The notes under the pieces were generated by a model. It did no database searches. It worked only from the letters and a program-made list of their open reading frames with translations, and had not been told where the DNA came from. A stretch of DNA of 64,000 nt, taken from NCBI GenBank assembly GCA_965214565.1, contig OZ243951.1, positions 1,281,017 to 1,345,016 on the forward strand. Reading direction: 5' to 3'. Below, in pieces: positions 44,237 to 53,713 of the stretch (the first letter of the stretch is position 1; the number at the start of each line of letters is the position of its first letter). Both the position numbers and the translations under genes were made by a program. Source of the stretch: Candidatus Aldehydirespiratoraceae bacterium (GTDB taxonomy: Bacteria; Actinomycetota; Acidimicrobiia; Acidimicrobiales; Aldehydirespiratoraceae).

Positions 44237-47200
44237 TTACGAGGCTGGGATCGCTTCGGCCGTGGCCACAATTCCCCCGCTCGCACCGACAGAGTTCAGT
44301 GCATGCAAGCGCACTGAGTATATATTCCCCGGCGTAAACGAGATACCAGTGATTACGTACGAACCGGACGTTCCATCGGGGATAGTTGCCACGCCTGTAT
44401 CACCTGGCGCTCCGGCCACACTCGGGAACCAATGGAGCCTGTAGCCGCCGGTCAACGCCTTAGCAGCGTCACCCGACAGTGCAGTCCAAGTGACCTTCAG
44501 TCCCTTAGCGGTTGCGTCGTAGGCAACTTCGAGCCCGGAGGGCGAAGCCGGAACAGCAGTGGCTGTCACCTTAGCCGAATACCCGTAACTACCAACGACG
44601 TTTGCCATAGCGGCAACTCGCACGTAGTAATCGGAGCCTGCCGTCAAATCACTGATTTCGCCCTTCGTGACATTGTTGGAGCAAGTCTCGGTCGCTTCGG
44701 TGGTAGCTAAGTCGCAGTTGAGAGTGGCGGCACCCCATGTGAATCCGTCTGATGATGTCTCCGCAACATAAACCATCAGTGGTCCACCACCGTTGCTGGC
44801 AGTGACCCTCGACCAAGTGACGGTCAGAGCTGATCCATCACCGTCCTTCTTGGACACGGCCGTCACATTTGAAGGTGCGGACGGAACGCCACCGGTGGCG
44901 GCACTTGGATCCTGAATGCCCTCTGCGGAGCCATCGGCGTCATGGTACGGACCGGTACCAATTCCGTTCACGGCACGAACCTGCACAACATAGTTCGTGT
45001 CTGCTCTAAGGCCCGTCAAGACATGCACGAGAGGCGACTTGGAAGCATCGACACGGATGTCTGAACTCCAACGCCCTTGGTTAGTCGTGGCATCTGCGTA
45101 CCGCAGGAGATAGTGGGTTACCTTTGACCCGTTGTTCTCCGCAGGGCTCCAGTTCACGGTCAGAGATCTGTAACCGGTAGCAAGGTTGATCGTTGCCACT
45201 GCGGACGGAACAGTCGCAGGAGTAGCGCTAACCGTCGCATATGGTCCACCAGGATCAAGCTGTACCCCATCCGTATCCGGGTCAGAATCGTTCACCGCTT
45301 GAACCCGTACGTCGTGTGGTACGCCTTTGGGTAAACCGGTGATTGTCACTTTCGTTGTGCTCGCAGTGATCGGACTCGCTGCAGGTTCCGTCGTAGCAGA
45401 AGCCCAGTCACCAGCAGGTGTATCCGCGGCACCGTTCATGCCGGGTATAAACGATGTCCGCTGCTGCACCCTATAGCCCGTGACTGCCGAGGTGCCATTG
45501 TTCGGAGGAGCGCTCCACGAGACATCAAGGCTCGTAGCTCGGTCAGCGTTTGGAGTGGTCCCGTCGGCCTCAAATGCTGGAGGTACAACCACACGCAAAT
45601 TGGTTGGAGCAGCAGGAACCTGAGCGGGCGAACCCGATGCCGCGTCCGAAGCCGGGCTGTCACCGTTCGCGTTGACTGCTTTGACCGTAACGCTGTACGT
45701 GAAACGCTTGTCTAGACCAGTCAATGTGCGAGTCGTGGTATCAGCACCAACTGAGACCGTGGTTGAAGGCCCACCAGAGCTGTAGCTCACCTTATAACCC
45801 GTGACAGCGCTGCCTCCGTCGTTGGCCTTGCTCGATGCGGTCCACGAGACCTGTAGCGAGTTATTGGCCACACCTATCATTGGCGTAGCTGGCTTGTCGG
45901 GGACGGTACTCGGAACAATTGAAGCTTTGGCTGCATCGCTCAAGCCGGTGTCGGACGAGGTGTTAGATGCCAAGTTGTCGGCTCGAACCTCTACCTCGAG
46001 GGTGTCGCCGTAATTCGCTGCCGGCACTGGTATAGGTGACGATGAAATCACTGCTGTAAGCGGATCTGGCAAAATCACATTAGTCCACGTATCGCCAGTA
46101 GGAACCCAATCACCGGCACTGCCAGTCTCGCGGTCTTTGAACCTGTGGCGGATCTCGTAGTTCTCAATGTCACGACCGCCGGTATCGGATGGTTCGGACC
46201 AGCTAGCTGTCACACTTACAGCACCATCCGCCGCGACCATCTGAGCCAGCTTGAGGCCGCTCGGTGCAGTCGATTTCCCGGTGGTGGGTGTTGTGTTTGC
46301 TCCAGGGTTCACCGAAGCTGGATCACCAGCACCAACTGCGTTCATTGGTGTGACTGTGACCAAGTATTGACCTTCGTTCTTCTTCAACGTGATGGTGTAA
46401 CCCAAGGCATCGCCTTCAGCTTCAGCCATTTCTCCGCCCTCACGGCCAGAACGCCACTCAACGGTGTAACCGGTAACCGTGCTGCCGCCGTCATCGGGGG
46501 CATCCCAGGTGACCGAAAGCGTCTTGTTGCCAGCAGTTACCTTGAGGTTGCTCACCGCGCCTGGCACCGTCGCTGGTGTGCCGGAGGCTTCGTCGGACCA
46601 GTCGCTTTGGCCGTCGTCGCTCATTGCGGCGACACGGAACATGTACGTCATGCCCTTGGTGAGACCATCGAACATCGACATCATGCCGTCCACTGAACGC
46701 TGATTGTCCTCAGAGTAGTCATCATCGCCGGACTTCCACTGAACGACATAACCAGTCACATCCGAAGTGCCGCTGTCCTCAGGAGCCATCCAAGACACAT
46801 CAAGCGCGTCACCATCGTCGCCGCTGACCGCAGCCATGACACCGGTCGGAGCTCCCGGTGCCTCAGTTGGATCAGGCATCTCATCAATCGCCCGATACAT
46901 ACGAGCAACAAACGAAGCCATCTGCTCGCGTGTCACATTGCTGTGCGGCGAATACGTCGTAGCCGAAGTACCCCGCGTGACCTCCAACTCGAACAGCGAA
47001 CCGATCGCGGCCTGCTCCGCGTCGGGACGGTCGCCGATGTCGGTGAACGGAGTGTCGCCCGCCGGAGCGTCCTCACCCGTCGCCGCCTTGTACAAGCGTG
47101 TCAAGAACAGAGCCATGTGCCCGCGAAGCACAGGGTCACCCGGCGAATACGTCGTAGCCGAGGTGCCCGTCGTGATCTCAAGACCGTTCGGGCTGATTCG

Positions 47201-47455
47201 TGCAATGTCGTCAGCGTTGGGGTCACCCTCAACATCTTCGAACATGTGCTCCTCGACCGGCGCCTCCATCCCAGTGAGCACCGCGTAGGCGTTCGCCATG
47301 AACCCGCTGAGATGGCACTCAACGCTTTCCTGCTGGCCGTGCACCAACGTTTCGCGACGTGTCCGACGGTTACAGGTCCCTCGGACCATTCTCTCGGCTG
47401 GCGAATCTACGCGACCCAAGCGGGTCTCGATCCCGAAGTCTGGGGCCTTCAGCAC
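44237..47455 (-). CDS. SLH-Fn3 cassette B: 5'-truncated copy; homology to C starts at 47302, upstream 51 codons are unrelated
   Basis: The ORF N-terminus 'MLKAPDFGIETRL...ECHLSGF' has no signal peptide and no paralog match. From 'MANAYAVLTG' onward it is near-identical to C for about 250 aa (46548-47302 versus 52199-52960), then diverges. Confidence 0.75.
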   Translation of the reverse strand: MLKAPDFGIETRLGRVDSPAERMVRGTCNRRTRRETLVHGQQESVECHLSGFMANAYAVLTGMEAPVEEHMFEDVEGDPNADDIARISPNGLEITTGTSATTYSPGDPVLRGHMALFLTRLYKAATGEDAPAGDTPFTDIGDRPDAEQAAIGSLFELEVTRGTSATTYSPHSNVTREQMASFVARMYRAIDEMPDPTEAPGAPTGVMAAVSGDDGDALDVSWMAPEDSGTSDVTGYVVQWKSGDDDYSEDNQRSVDGMMSMFDGLTKGMTYMFRVAAMSDDGQSDWSDEASGTPATVPGAVSNLKVTAGNKTLSVTWDAPDDGGSTVTGYTVEWRSGREGGEMAEAEGDALGYTITLKKNEGQYLVTVTPMNAVGAGDPASVNPGANTTPTTGKSTAPSGLKLAQMVAADGAVSVTASWSEPSDTGGRDIENYEIRHRFKDRETGSAGDWVPTGDTWTNVILPDPLTAVISSSPIPVPAANYGDTLEVEVRADNLASNTSSDTGLSDAAKASIVPSTVPDKPATPMIGVANNSLQVSWTASSKANDGGSAVTGYKVSYSSGGPSTTVSVGADTTTRTLTGLDKRFTYSVTVKAVNANGDSPASDAASGSPAQVPAAPTNLRVVVPPAFEADGTTPNADRATSLDVSWSAPPNNGTSAVTGYRVQQRTSFIPGMNGAADTPAGDWASATTEPAASPITASTTKVTITGLPKGVPHDVRVQAVNDSDPDTDGVQLDPGGPYATVSATPATVPSAVATINLATGYRSLTVNWSPAENNGSKVTHYLLRYADATTNQGRWSSDIRVDASKSPLVHVLTGLRADTNYVVQVRAVNGIGTGPYHDADGSAEGIQDPSAATGGVPSAPSNVTAVSKKDGDGSALTVTWSRVTASNGGGPLMVYVAETSSDGFTWGAATLNCDLATTEATETCSNNVTKGEISDLTAGSDYYVRVAAMANVVGSYGYSAKVTATAVPASPSGLEVAYDATAKGLKVTWTALSGDAAKALTGGYRLHWFPSVAGAPGDTGVATIPDGTSGSYVITGISFTPGNIYSVRLHALNSVGASGGIVATAEAIPAS

Positions 47456-47476
47456 TCCCCAGTCTTGGTTCGGGTG

Positions 47477-47872
47477 TCAGGCGAAGAGGATCCCGCCGGC
47501 CATGGCTGCGCAGACGGCTAGCGAGAACCCGCCGATCATTGTCACCATGATCCGAGTCTGGTCGGTGATTTTCTTGGATATGCCCGCGATCTCTTTGGCG
47601 ATCTCTCCGCGCAGACTCACAAACTCCGCAGCCACCATCTCGAACTTCGCGTTGACCGACTCGAATTGTGCGTTGACGGACTTGAATTGTGCGTCGACTT
47701 GGTCGAATTTCGCGGTGATCGCTGTGGCCAGCGTGTTTAGGTCGTCTTTAGTTGCGACCTGATCCCAAGATACTGGAGGTAGCGAGTCCATGAGTTTGTG
47801 GGCCACATCCTCTCCGAGCGCTTCGATCAAACCGTTGAGGAGCTCAAAACGCTCCTGCTCGCCTACCGCCAT
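47477..47872 (-). CDS. Type-1 small tail-anchored coiled-coil protein
   Basis: 'MAVGEQERFELLNGLIEALGED...FKSVNAQFESVNAKFEMVAAEF...MVTMIGGFSLAVCAAMAGGILFA'. I prefer the ATG at 47872, which sits behind the same leader as the other copies. Confidence 0.65.
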   Translation of the reverse strand: MAVGEQERFELLNGLIEALGEDVAHKLMDSLPPVSWDQVATKDDLNTLATAITAKFDQVDAQFKSVNAQFESVNAKFEMVAAEFVSLRGEIAKEIAGISKKITDQTRIMVTMIGGFSLAVCAAMAGGILFA

Positions 47873-48072
47873 GGCAAGTTCCCTTTCGTTGTAGTAGCTG
47901 GTGGAGGGAAAGTTGTCGCCATCGCGCAGCGAGTACACGCACAATATCATCCGCACGCCGACTTGGGCGCTATTGGTCTGATTCAATCGTCTCTGAATGG
48001 TTTTGGTGTTACGGTGACGCCGGTAAGTCACTTCCCCCCGAATCGACCAGACGGATTGGATGGGGTACCGAA
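47873..48072. promoter_or_regulatory. Conserved leader element, copy 4 (inverted relative to copy 3)
   Basis: A 200-bp divergent spacer between starts at 47872 (-) and 48073 (+). Confidence 0.6.
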
Positions 48073-48513
48073 GTGACCCTTACAGAACAGCAGAGAACCG
48101 ATATCTACAACAGCCTCGCCGACACGACCAGACAGCCGGGAGCGGAGTTCCTAATGGCACAGCAACCACCAGGAGGATGGGAACAGCTTGCCACCAAACG
48201 CGACCTCGCAGACCTCGAGACCAAGACCCAGGCCGCATTCGTCGAACACCGAGCCGCGCTAGTCGCGTTCAACGCCAAGATGGACCTCCAGTTCGCGCAG
48301 CTCCGCGAACAACTCGCTGAGCAGTTCGCGGAGATCCAGAAGCAGTTCGCGACGATCGACACCCGATTCGCTGCGATCGACACTCGGTTCGCGAAGGTCG
48401 ACACACGATTCGCCGAGTTGTCTGAGAGGCGCAGCAAAGAAGTTTGGGCGATCGCCGTAGCGATCGCAGTGATGACCGTTTCCATCTGCGGCTCAATCTT
48501 CCTGGCCGTCTGA
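48073..48513 (+). CDS. Type-2 small tail-anchored coiled-coil protein
   Basis: GTG start, 'MTLTEQQRTDIYNSLADTTRQPGAEF...FATIDTRFAAIDTRFAKVDTRFAELSER...AIAVAIAVMTVSICGSIFLAV'. Confidence 0.65.
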   Translation: MTLTEQQRTDIYNSLADTTRQPGAEFLMAQQPPGGWEQLATKRDLADLETKTQAAFVEHRAALVAFNAKMDLQFAQLREQLAEQFAEIQKQFATIDTRFAAIDTRFAKVDTRFAELSERRSKEVWAIAVAIAVMTVSICGSIFLAV

Positions 48514-48641
48514 GGTCCCCGCAACCGCAGCCAGAGCTTTCGGTTACAGGCGGAATGTCTAGGCGGAGGCTACTGACACAATGCCGACGTATAGTATGTC
48601 ATTAGACCGACGTAAACCTAGACGAGGAAGGACGATTACAG

Positions 48642-48977
48642 ATGGCCACGGTCGCAACTCTGTTGGATCACCTCTACGAGGGGGATGTGCTTGATGCCGT
48701 TGATCTGGCTCGGATCACAAAGACCAATCCTCGAAGTGTGTCCAGGTGGCGGTCTGAGGCGACAACTCCTAGGCGGGCCGCGGAGGACCTTCTGCTTGAA
48801 CTGCGAGCCGTCGTTGATCTGGCCCGTACCGTGATGAACGATGATGCAGCGAGATTCTGGCTGCGTTCGCCCAACCGCGACCTCGGATACAAGAAGCCAC
48901 TGGAACTCATAGCGGAGGGTGAGTACCGGCGGGTTGTCGACCTCCTGCTGGCACTGGCGGAGGGCGTCACTGCATAA
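48642..48977 (+). CDS. Xre/MbcA/ParS-type antitoxin (DUF2384)
   Basis: 111 aa with 'ARFWLRSPNRDLGYKKPLELIAEGEYRRVVDLLLALAEG', typical of the antitoxin partner of RES toxins. Its stop lies 1 nt before the RES ORF start. Confidence 0.75.
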   Translation: MATVATLLDHLYEGDVLDAVDLARITKTNPRSVSRWRSEATTPRRAAEDLLLELRAVVDLARTVMNDDAARFWLRSPNRDLGYKKPLELIAEGEYRRVVDLLLALAEGVTA

Positions 48978-48978
48978 G

Positions 48979-49516
48979 ATGTTCGACATTGAAGCAAACG
49001 TGGCGGGGAGCGTGGCCGCGCGTCCGTTGTCAGTTGTTGGGTTCCGGAACCAAGCGATGGGTTTCGGCAATCCTCTGAGCGGTGAGGGCGCACGGCGGTT
49101 TGGTGGGCGCTTCAACCCACCGCAGAGCTACGCCGTCGTCTAACTCTGCACGACACTGGAGTGCTCGGCCGCTGAACTCCTTCGGCAGTCGAAAGGACAA
49201 GGCATTGCGCTGGAGGCGCTTCTTCCCCGCGTGCTTTGGCGGATCGAAGGCCAACTGAGCAGGGTTCTCGACCTCCTAGACGAGGCAACGCTCGAGATGC
49301 CCGGTGTAGGACGAGATTGACCTGATTCGAGATGACCTGACTCTTACCCGCCAAATCGGCGAATCCGCGTATGAGCATCAGTTCCAAGCTGTCTTGGCCC
49401 CGTCAGCAACAGGGGTCGATCAAGTGATTGCCGTCTTCACCGACAACCTCGCTGGAGCGGTTCTCGACCCAACACTGATCGGAGAATGGAAAGATCCGCG
49501 GAAACTTCCCTCCTGA
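48979..49516 (+). pseudogene. RES-domain toxin gene inactivated by an in-frame stop and a frameshift
   Basis: '...GGRFNPPQSYAVV*LCTTLECSAAELLRQ...': a TAA at 49141-49143 interrupts the typical 'GGRxNPPG...YL' region. The C-terminal part ('LTRQIGESAYEHQFQAVLAPSATGVDQVIAVF') continues in another frame to 49516. Confidence 0.65.
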
Positions 49517-49683
49517 AGCGTTTGGTTCATCTACGAGCGGAGCTGCCCGCATACCAGACGCGCCGCCTCGATATGCTGTTCGACCGTTGATCAGCGGTGT
49601 CGTCGGTGGGTGTCAGAGCTAGATCTCAAGACGCAACCAGCTTGGACCCATGGTGACCGGTCAACGGGGCAGTCACCCATGCG

Positions 49684-49816
49684 GAAAAATAGTTAGAGCC
49701 CGAGGCCAAGACCTCGGGCTCTGAACTAATGCTTAGTTGCAATTGCAGCTAAGTAGCCGGCGGCTCGCTGGGCCCGGCGGAGAGCCCAGGAGCCAGCCAA
49801 CTACATCTTGTATTAC
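49684..49816 (-). repeat. Conserved 3' element of paralog C
   Basis: Near-identical to 44099-44236. Confidence 0.8.
49685..49722 (-). terminator. Putative intrinsic terminator of paralog C
   Basis: Stem 49695-49705/49712-49722 plus a T-tract on the minus strand (49685-49689). Confidence 0.45.
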
Positions 49817-52800
49817 TTATGACGACGCTGGTGTCAGCGTAACGGCGTCGCTCCCGTCAGTAGCCATACCAACACCGATCTTGTTGACCGGGGCTACCGT
49901 CACCGTGATGCTCTGGCCGAATGCGGTCAGGCCGGTGATGTCGTAGCTCGTGGCGTCAGCCGCAACAGTCGCACTGCCACGGTTACCCACCACCTGTGTC
50001 GCCGTCGGGTACCAGGTCACCAGGTAACCGGTCACACCTTCGGTGCGGGCATTTGTCGGTGCGGTCCAGGCCACCCTCAGCGTTGTTGTCTTATCGACTT
50101 GGCTGAAGCTGGTGATGACTGGTGCCGTTGCCGGAGTGCTCTCCGCCTTGACTGGAGCAGAGAACCCTGGAGTGCCTAGCAGTGCGCGACCAGCGGATTT
50201 TCCACCCACCGTTCCTTGCGTCACGGCTTGGACCCGCACCACATAAGTGGTTCCCTCATCCAAACCACCGATGGTTACCTTCCTAGCCTTGGCGGCATCG
50301 AACGTAGCAAGATCATCGGTACCGACCTGCTTGACGGCCGCTCCTGTAATGCTCGTTGGATCCACAGTCATCCAACCGCCCTTGGGGTTACTTGTAGTGG
50401 AAATGTACTGAACTTGGTAACCAACTGCGTTGGCTACTGCCGACCAAGTGACGTCAATCATCCTTCCATCGGTGTTCATGGTCGCCGATGGCACGGCTGT
50501 CACGGAACGAGGTGCGGCCATGGCGTGCGTGGGCCTGTCGATGCCGTCCGTTTCAACCTCACCAGAGGAGCCGACCGCGTTGACCGCAGTGATCCCGACT
50601 ACGTAAGGCACACCATTTGACAAGCCAGTGATTGTCTTGGTCGGCAAAGCTGAGGCGTTAACGCGTCCCGCGGACATCCAGCGTTCGATGCCCTGTACGT
50701 TGCGGGCGTACCGCACGTTGTAATGGGTGACATCGTTGCCCTTGCCTACCGCTGGGGTCCAAGTCAGTGTAAGTGACCCGCTGCCTGGAATAATCTCGAT
50801 GTTGGCAACGTTGACCTTTCCTGGCAGAGCTGCGGCAGCAATCCCCGACGCCCATGCGCTCCACGGGCCATTACCGGAAGCGTTAATCGCCCTAACTCGG
50901 TAGTCGAACGATGTGCCCCTCTCCTCCTCAAGAATAGGGGCGTTATACATCGTGCCGGTGCCTGCGTGATCGGTGATCACCGGACCCGGGACACCAGGTG
51001 TGGGGTCGGTTGGGCTTGTCACGGTGGCCCGACGTTGCAGCGCATAACCGGTCACGGTGCCGGTGCCGTTGTTTGCGGGGGCGCTCCAAGTGACGATCAA
51101 CACATTTCCTCGGTTGTCAGCTTGGCCTGGCGCAGGTGCTGGCGGCTGCGACACTCGTATGGTGCTTGGTGCCGCGGGTACTGCGGCTGGAGTCCTCCCA
51201 GCAGGAGTGGTTCCTGCGGCTTCACTTGCACCCCTAGCGTTGATCGCTTCGATCGTGACGGTGTACTGCAACCCGTTGGTCAAACCCGTGATCGTGTACG
51301 AACTTGAGGTGGCGGGAACCGTGGTATCGCCGATCGGTGCCGTTGCCGGAGAAGCCCACGCAATCTTGTATCCGGTGATCGCAGTGCCCCCGTCGTTCAC
51401 CTTGGGAGGTGTGTCGGTTGTCATGGGTGCAGTCCATGTGACATTCAGCGACCCGTTGGCAACTTCGGCATCGACGGTTGCCGGCATCCCTGGAGCACCC
51501 AGCGGAGTACCCGTTCCCGTGACCCAAGCACCTTCGAGTGTAGGTTCATCGGCGTCTTGCTGCTTAGCGGTGTTGCCGTCTGTGGCCCGGTCGAAATAGG
51601 TGTTGGCCCGAACGCGGTAGGTGCACTCTTCCCCGTTAGCAAGCGAGCCACCGAGCAGTTCACTACGTTCTGCAAACTGAACAGCGACAGCGATCTCAGG
51701 TGGGAGTTGTGTGTCAGTACGGTCACCGTCATCCGTATGGGTTGCAGGCCATGTCTGCTTTCCGCACTTGCGTTGGATGTCGTAGTTAAGAACGTTCTGT
51801 CCTCTTCCGAGTGTGGGGGTCGGCCACGAAACGGCCTTAAACACACCGCCTGTGGCGAAAGCGGTATCCGCTGGTCCAGGCAACACAACCCTGACAGTTC
51901 CAGAACTAACCGACGTGGTAGGCGCAACAGCAGCCTGACCGGAATCGGCCGGGGCGGTGATCGCACCATCACCGGCACCATTTACTGCCTGGATGTGCAC
52001 GCGATATGAAACACCGGTCTTCAAGCCAGTGATGGTGTACGACGTGGCAGAACCGTCATTGATCATCGCCGTGTCTGGGGCATTACGGCCTGTAGCCCAC
52101 TGGACCACATAACCGGTGATCGGCGTGCCGCCGTCATCGGCGGGGGCTGCCCAAGACAGGTTCAAGGTGCCCGACGCCGCACCAACAGCCACGGCGAAGT
52201 TGCTCACCGCACCCGGCACGGTGCCAGGTGTGCCGGAGGCTTCGTCGGACCAGTCGCTTTGGCCGTCGTCGCTCATTGCGGCGACACGGAACATGTAGGC
52301 GGTGCCCTTGGTGAGACCATCGAACATCGACATCATGCCGTCGACTGACCGCTGATTGTCCTCAGAATAGTCGCCGCCGCCGGACTTCCATTGAACGACA
52401 TAACCAGACACATCTGAAGTGCCGCTGTCCTCAGGAGCCATCCAAGACACGTCGAGCGCGTCTCCGTCGTCGCCGCTGACCGCCACTTCAACACCGGTCG
52501 GAGCTCCCGGAGCCTCAGCTGGATCAGGCATCTCATCAATCGCCCGATACATACGAGCAACAAACGAAGCCATCTGCTCGCGTGTCACGTTGCCGTGCGG
52601 CGCGTAGGTGGTATCTGAAGTACCCCGCGTCACACCCAGCGCAAACAGCGAACCGATCGCGGCCTGCTCTGCGTCGGGACGGTCACCAATATCGGTGAAC
52701 GGAGTGTCGCCCGCCGGAGCGTCCTCACCCGTCGCCGCCTTGTACAGACGCGTCAAGAACAGAGCCATGTGCCCGCGACGCACAGGATCACCAGGCGAAT

Positions 52801-53269
52801 ACGTCGTAACCGACGTGCCCTGCGTGATCATCAACCCGTTAGGACTGATCCGCGCAATGTCATCAGCGTTGGGGTCACCCTCAACATCTTCGAACATGTG
52901 CTCCTCGACCGGCGCCTCCATCCCAGTGAGCACCGCGTAGGCATTCGCCATGAACGCCGCCATCTCAGAACGGGTCATGTCGTCGCCAGGACGGTACATG
53001 TCACCAGCATCGGAGATGCCCAGCTGTCGCAGGCATCGACTGTCGTCATAGGCAAAGCTGGATTCGGGTACATCCGAATAGGCCATCTCGCCGTCCGATG
53101 GGCACGATCCGCCGCTGGACTGCGCGGTCGCTGCGACCGTGGCCAAACCGAGACTGCCCGCGACGACGACAAAGGCCACCGCCATGCGCACTAGGCGAAG
53201 GACGCTCAACCGACTCGATCGGCTGGGCACCTTCACCGGCACTCCCTTTCCCGTTACTGCTGAACTCAT
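49817..53269 (-). CDS. SLH-Fn3 cell-surface protein, paralog C (full length; candidate expression locus)
   Basis: 1150 aa with signal peptide 'LVRMAVAFVVVAGSLGLATVAATAQ', three SLH segments and an Fn3 array. RBS 'ggag' lies before the ATG. Only this copy joins the shared 5' block to a secretion signal. Confidence 0.85.
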   Translation of the reverse strand: MSSAVTGKGVPVKVPSRSSRLSVLRLVRMAVAFVVVAGSLGLATVAATAQSSGGSCPSDGEMAYSDVPESSFAYDDSRCLRQLGISDAGDMYRPGDDMTRSEMAAFMANAYAVLTGMEAPVEEHMFEDVEGDPNADDIARISPNGLMITQGTSVTTYSPGDPVRRGHMALFLTRLYKAATGEDAPAGDTPFTDIGDRPDAEQAAIGSLFALGVTRGTSDTTYAPHGNVTREQMASFVARMYRAIDEMPDPAEAPGAPTGVEVAVSGDDGDALDVSWMAPEDSGTSDVSGYVVQWKSGGGDYSEDNQRSVDGMMSMFDGLTKGTAYMFRVAAMSDDGQSDWSDEASGTPGTVPGAVSNFAVAVGAASGTLNLSWAAPADDGGTPITGYVVQWATGRNAPDTAMINDGSATSYTITGLKTGVSYRVHIQAVNGAGDGAITAPADSGQAAVAPTTSVSSGTVRVVLPGPADTAFATGGVFKAVSWPTPTLGRGQNVLNYDIQRKCGKQTWPATHTDDGDRTDTQLPPEIAVAVQFAERSELLGGSLANGEECTYRVRANTYFDRATDGNTAKQQDADEPTLEGAWVTGTGTPLGAPGMPATVDAEVANGSLNVTWTAPMTTDTPPKVNDGGTAITGYKIAWASPATAPIGDTTVPATSSSYTITGLTNGLQYTVTIEAINARGASEAAGTTPAGRTPAAVPAAPSTIRVSQPPAPAPGQADNRGNVLIVTWSAPANNGTGTVTGYALQRRATVTSPTDPTPGVPGPVITDHAGTGTMYNAPILEEERGTSFDYRVRAINASGNGPWSAWASGIAAAALPGKVNVANIEIIPGSGSLTLTWTPAVGKGNDVTHYNVRYARNVQGIERWMSAGRVNASALPTKTITGLSNGVPYVVGITAVNAVGSSGEVETDGIDRPTHAMAAPRSVTAVPSATMNTDGRMIDVTWSAVANAVGYQVQYISTTSNPKGGWMTVDPTSITGAAVKQVGTDDLATFDAAKARKVTIGGLDEGTTYVVRVQAVTQGTVGGKSAGRALLGTPGFSAPVKAESTPATAPVITSFSQVDKTTTLRVAWTAPTNARTEGVTGYLVTWYPTATQVVGNRGSATVAADATSYDITGLTAFGQSITVTVAPVNKIGVGMATDGSDAVTLTPASS

Positions 53270-53713
53270 TGCTGCTCCATTCTTGGTTGGATTGTCTGGC
53301 TCTTCGCAGACGCCAGTCGAAATCTAGCGGTTATCCGCACCCGGCACCTTGCTGGGACACAGAAAACACCAATCGCGATCGGCATGCAAAGGTTAGCGCA
53401 GGCCGTTTTCTAACACAACCCACCCCCCGAGTCAACGACACAGGGGTTGGAAGAGGCGTCAGAAACGAATGGTGTCGGTCTAAAACCGCACATGTATTCA
53501 AGGCCCTCAGCATAACGCCACAATCAATAGCGCGCCATGCTTTCCCGGACTACTTGATGCACTGGGCCTCTTGTGGGGTTGCACAGAGCGGGGCGGGGGC
53601 TCGACTGAGGGGCGTTACGCTCGGTAGCGGCGGCCCGCCAGCCGCCACGGGGCCCACGGTTTCGGGCCCTGTGTCCCGTACGTTTGGCTGTCCCCCGACC
53701 CCATGGAAGCACC

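Noticed and set aside
44237-47455. Full 1072-aa ORF taken at face value as an intact protein
   Set aside because: The first 51 codons (47303-47455) have no paralog match and no signal peptide. They overlap sequence homologous to the region downstream of type-1 small genes. This is most likely a read-through artefact upstream of a truncated cassette.
37691-53269. Diversity-generating retroelement or other mutagenic targeting of the variable Fn3 arrays
   Set aside because: I found no reverse transcriptase ORF and no template/variable repeat pair with adenine-specific differences. The variation is at the level of whole domains and cassettes.
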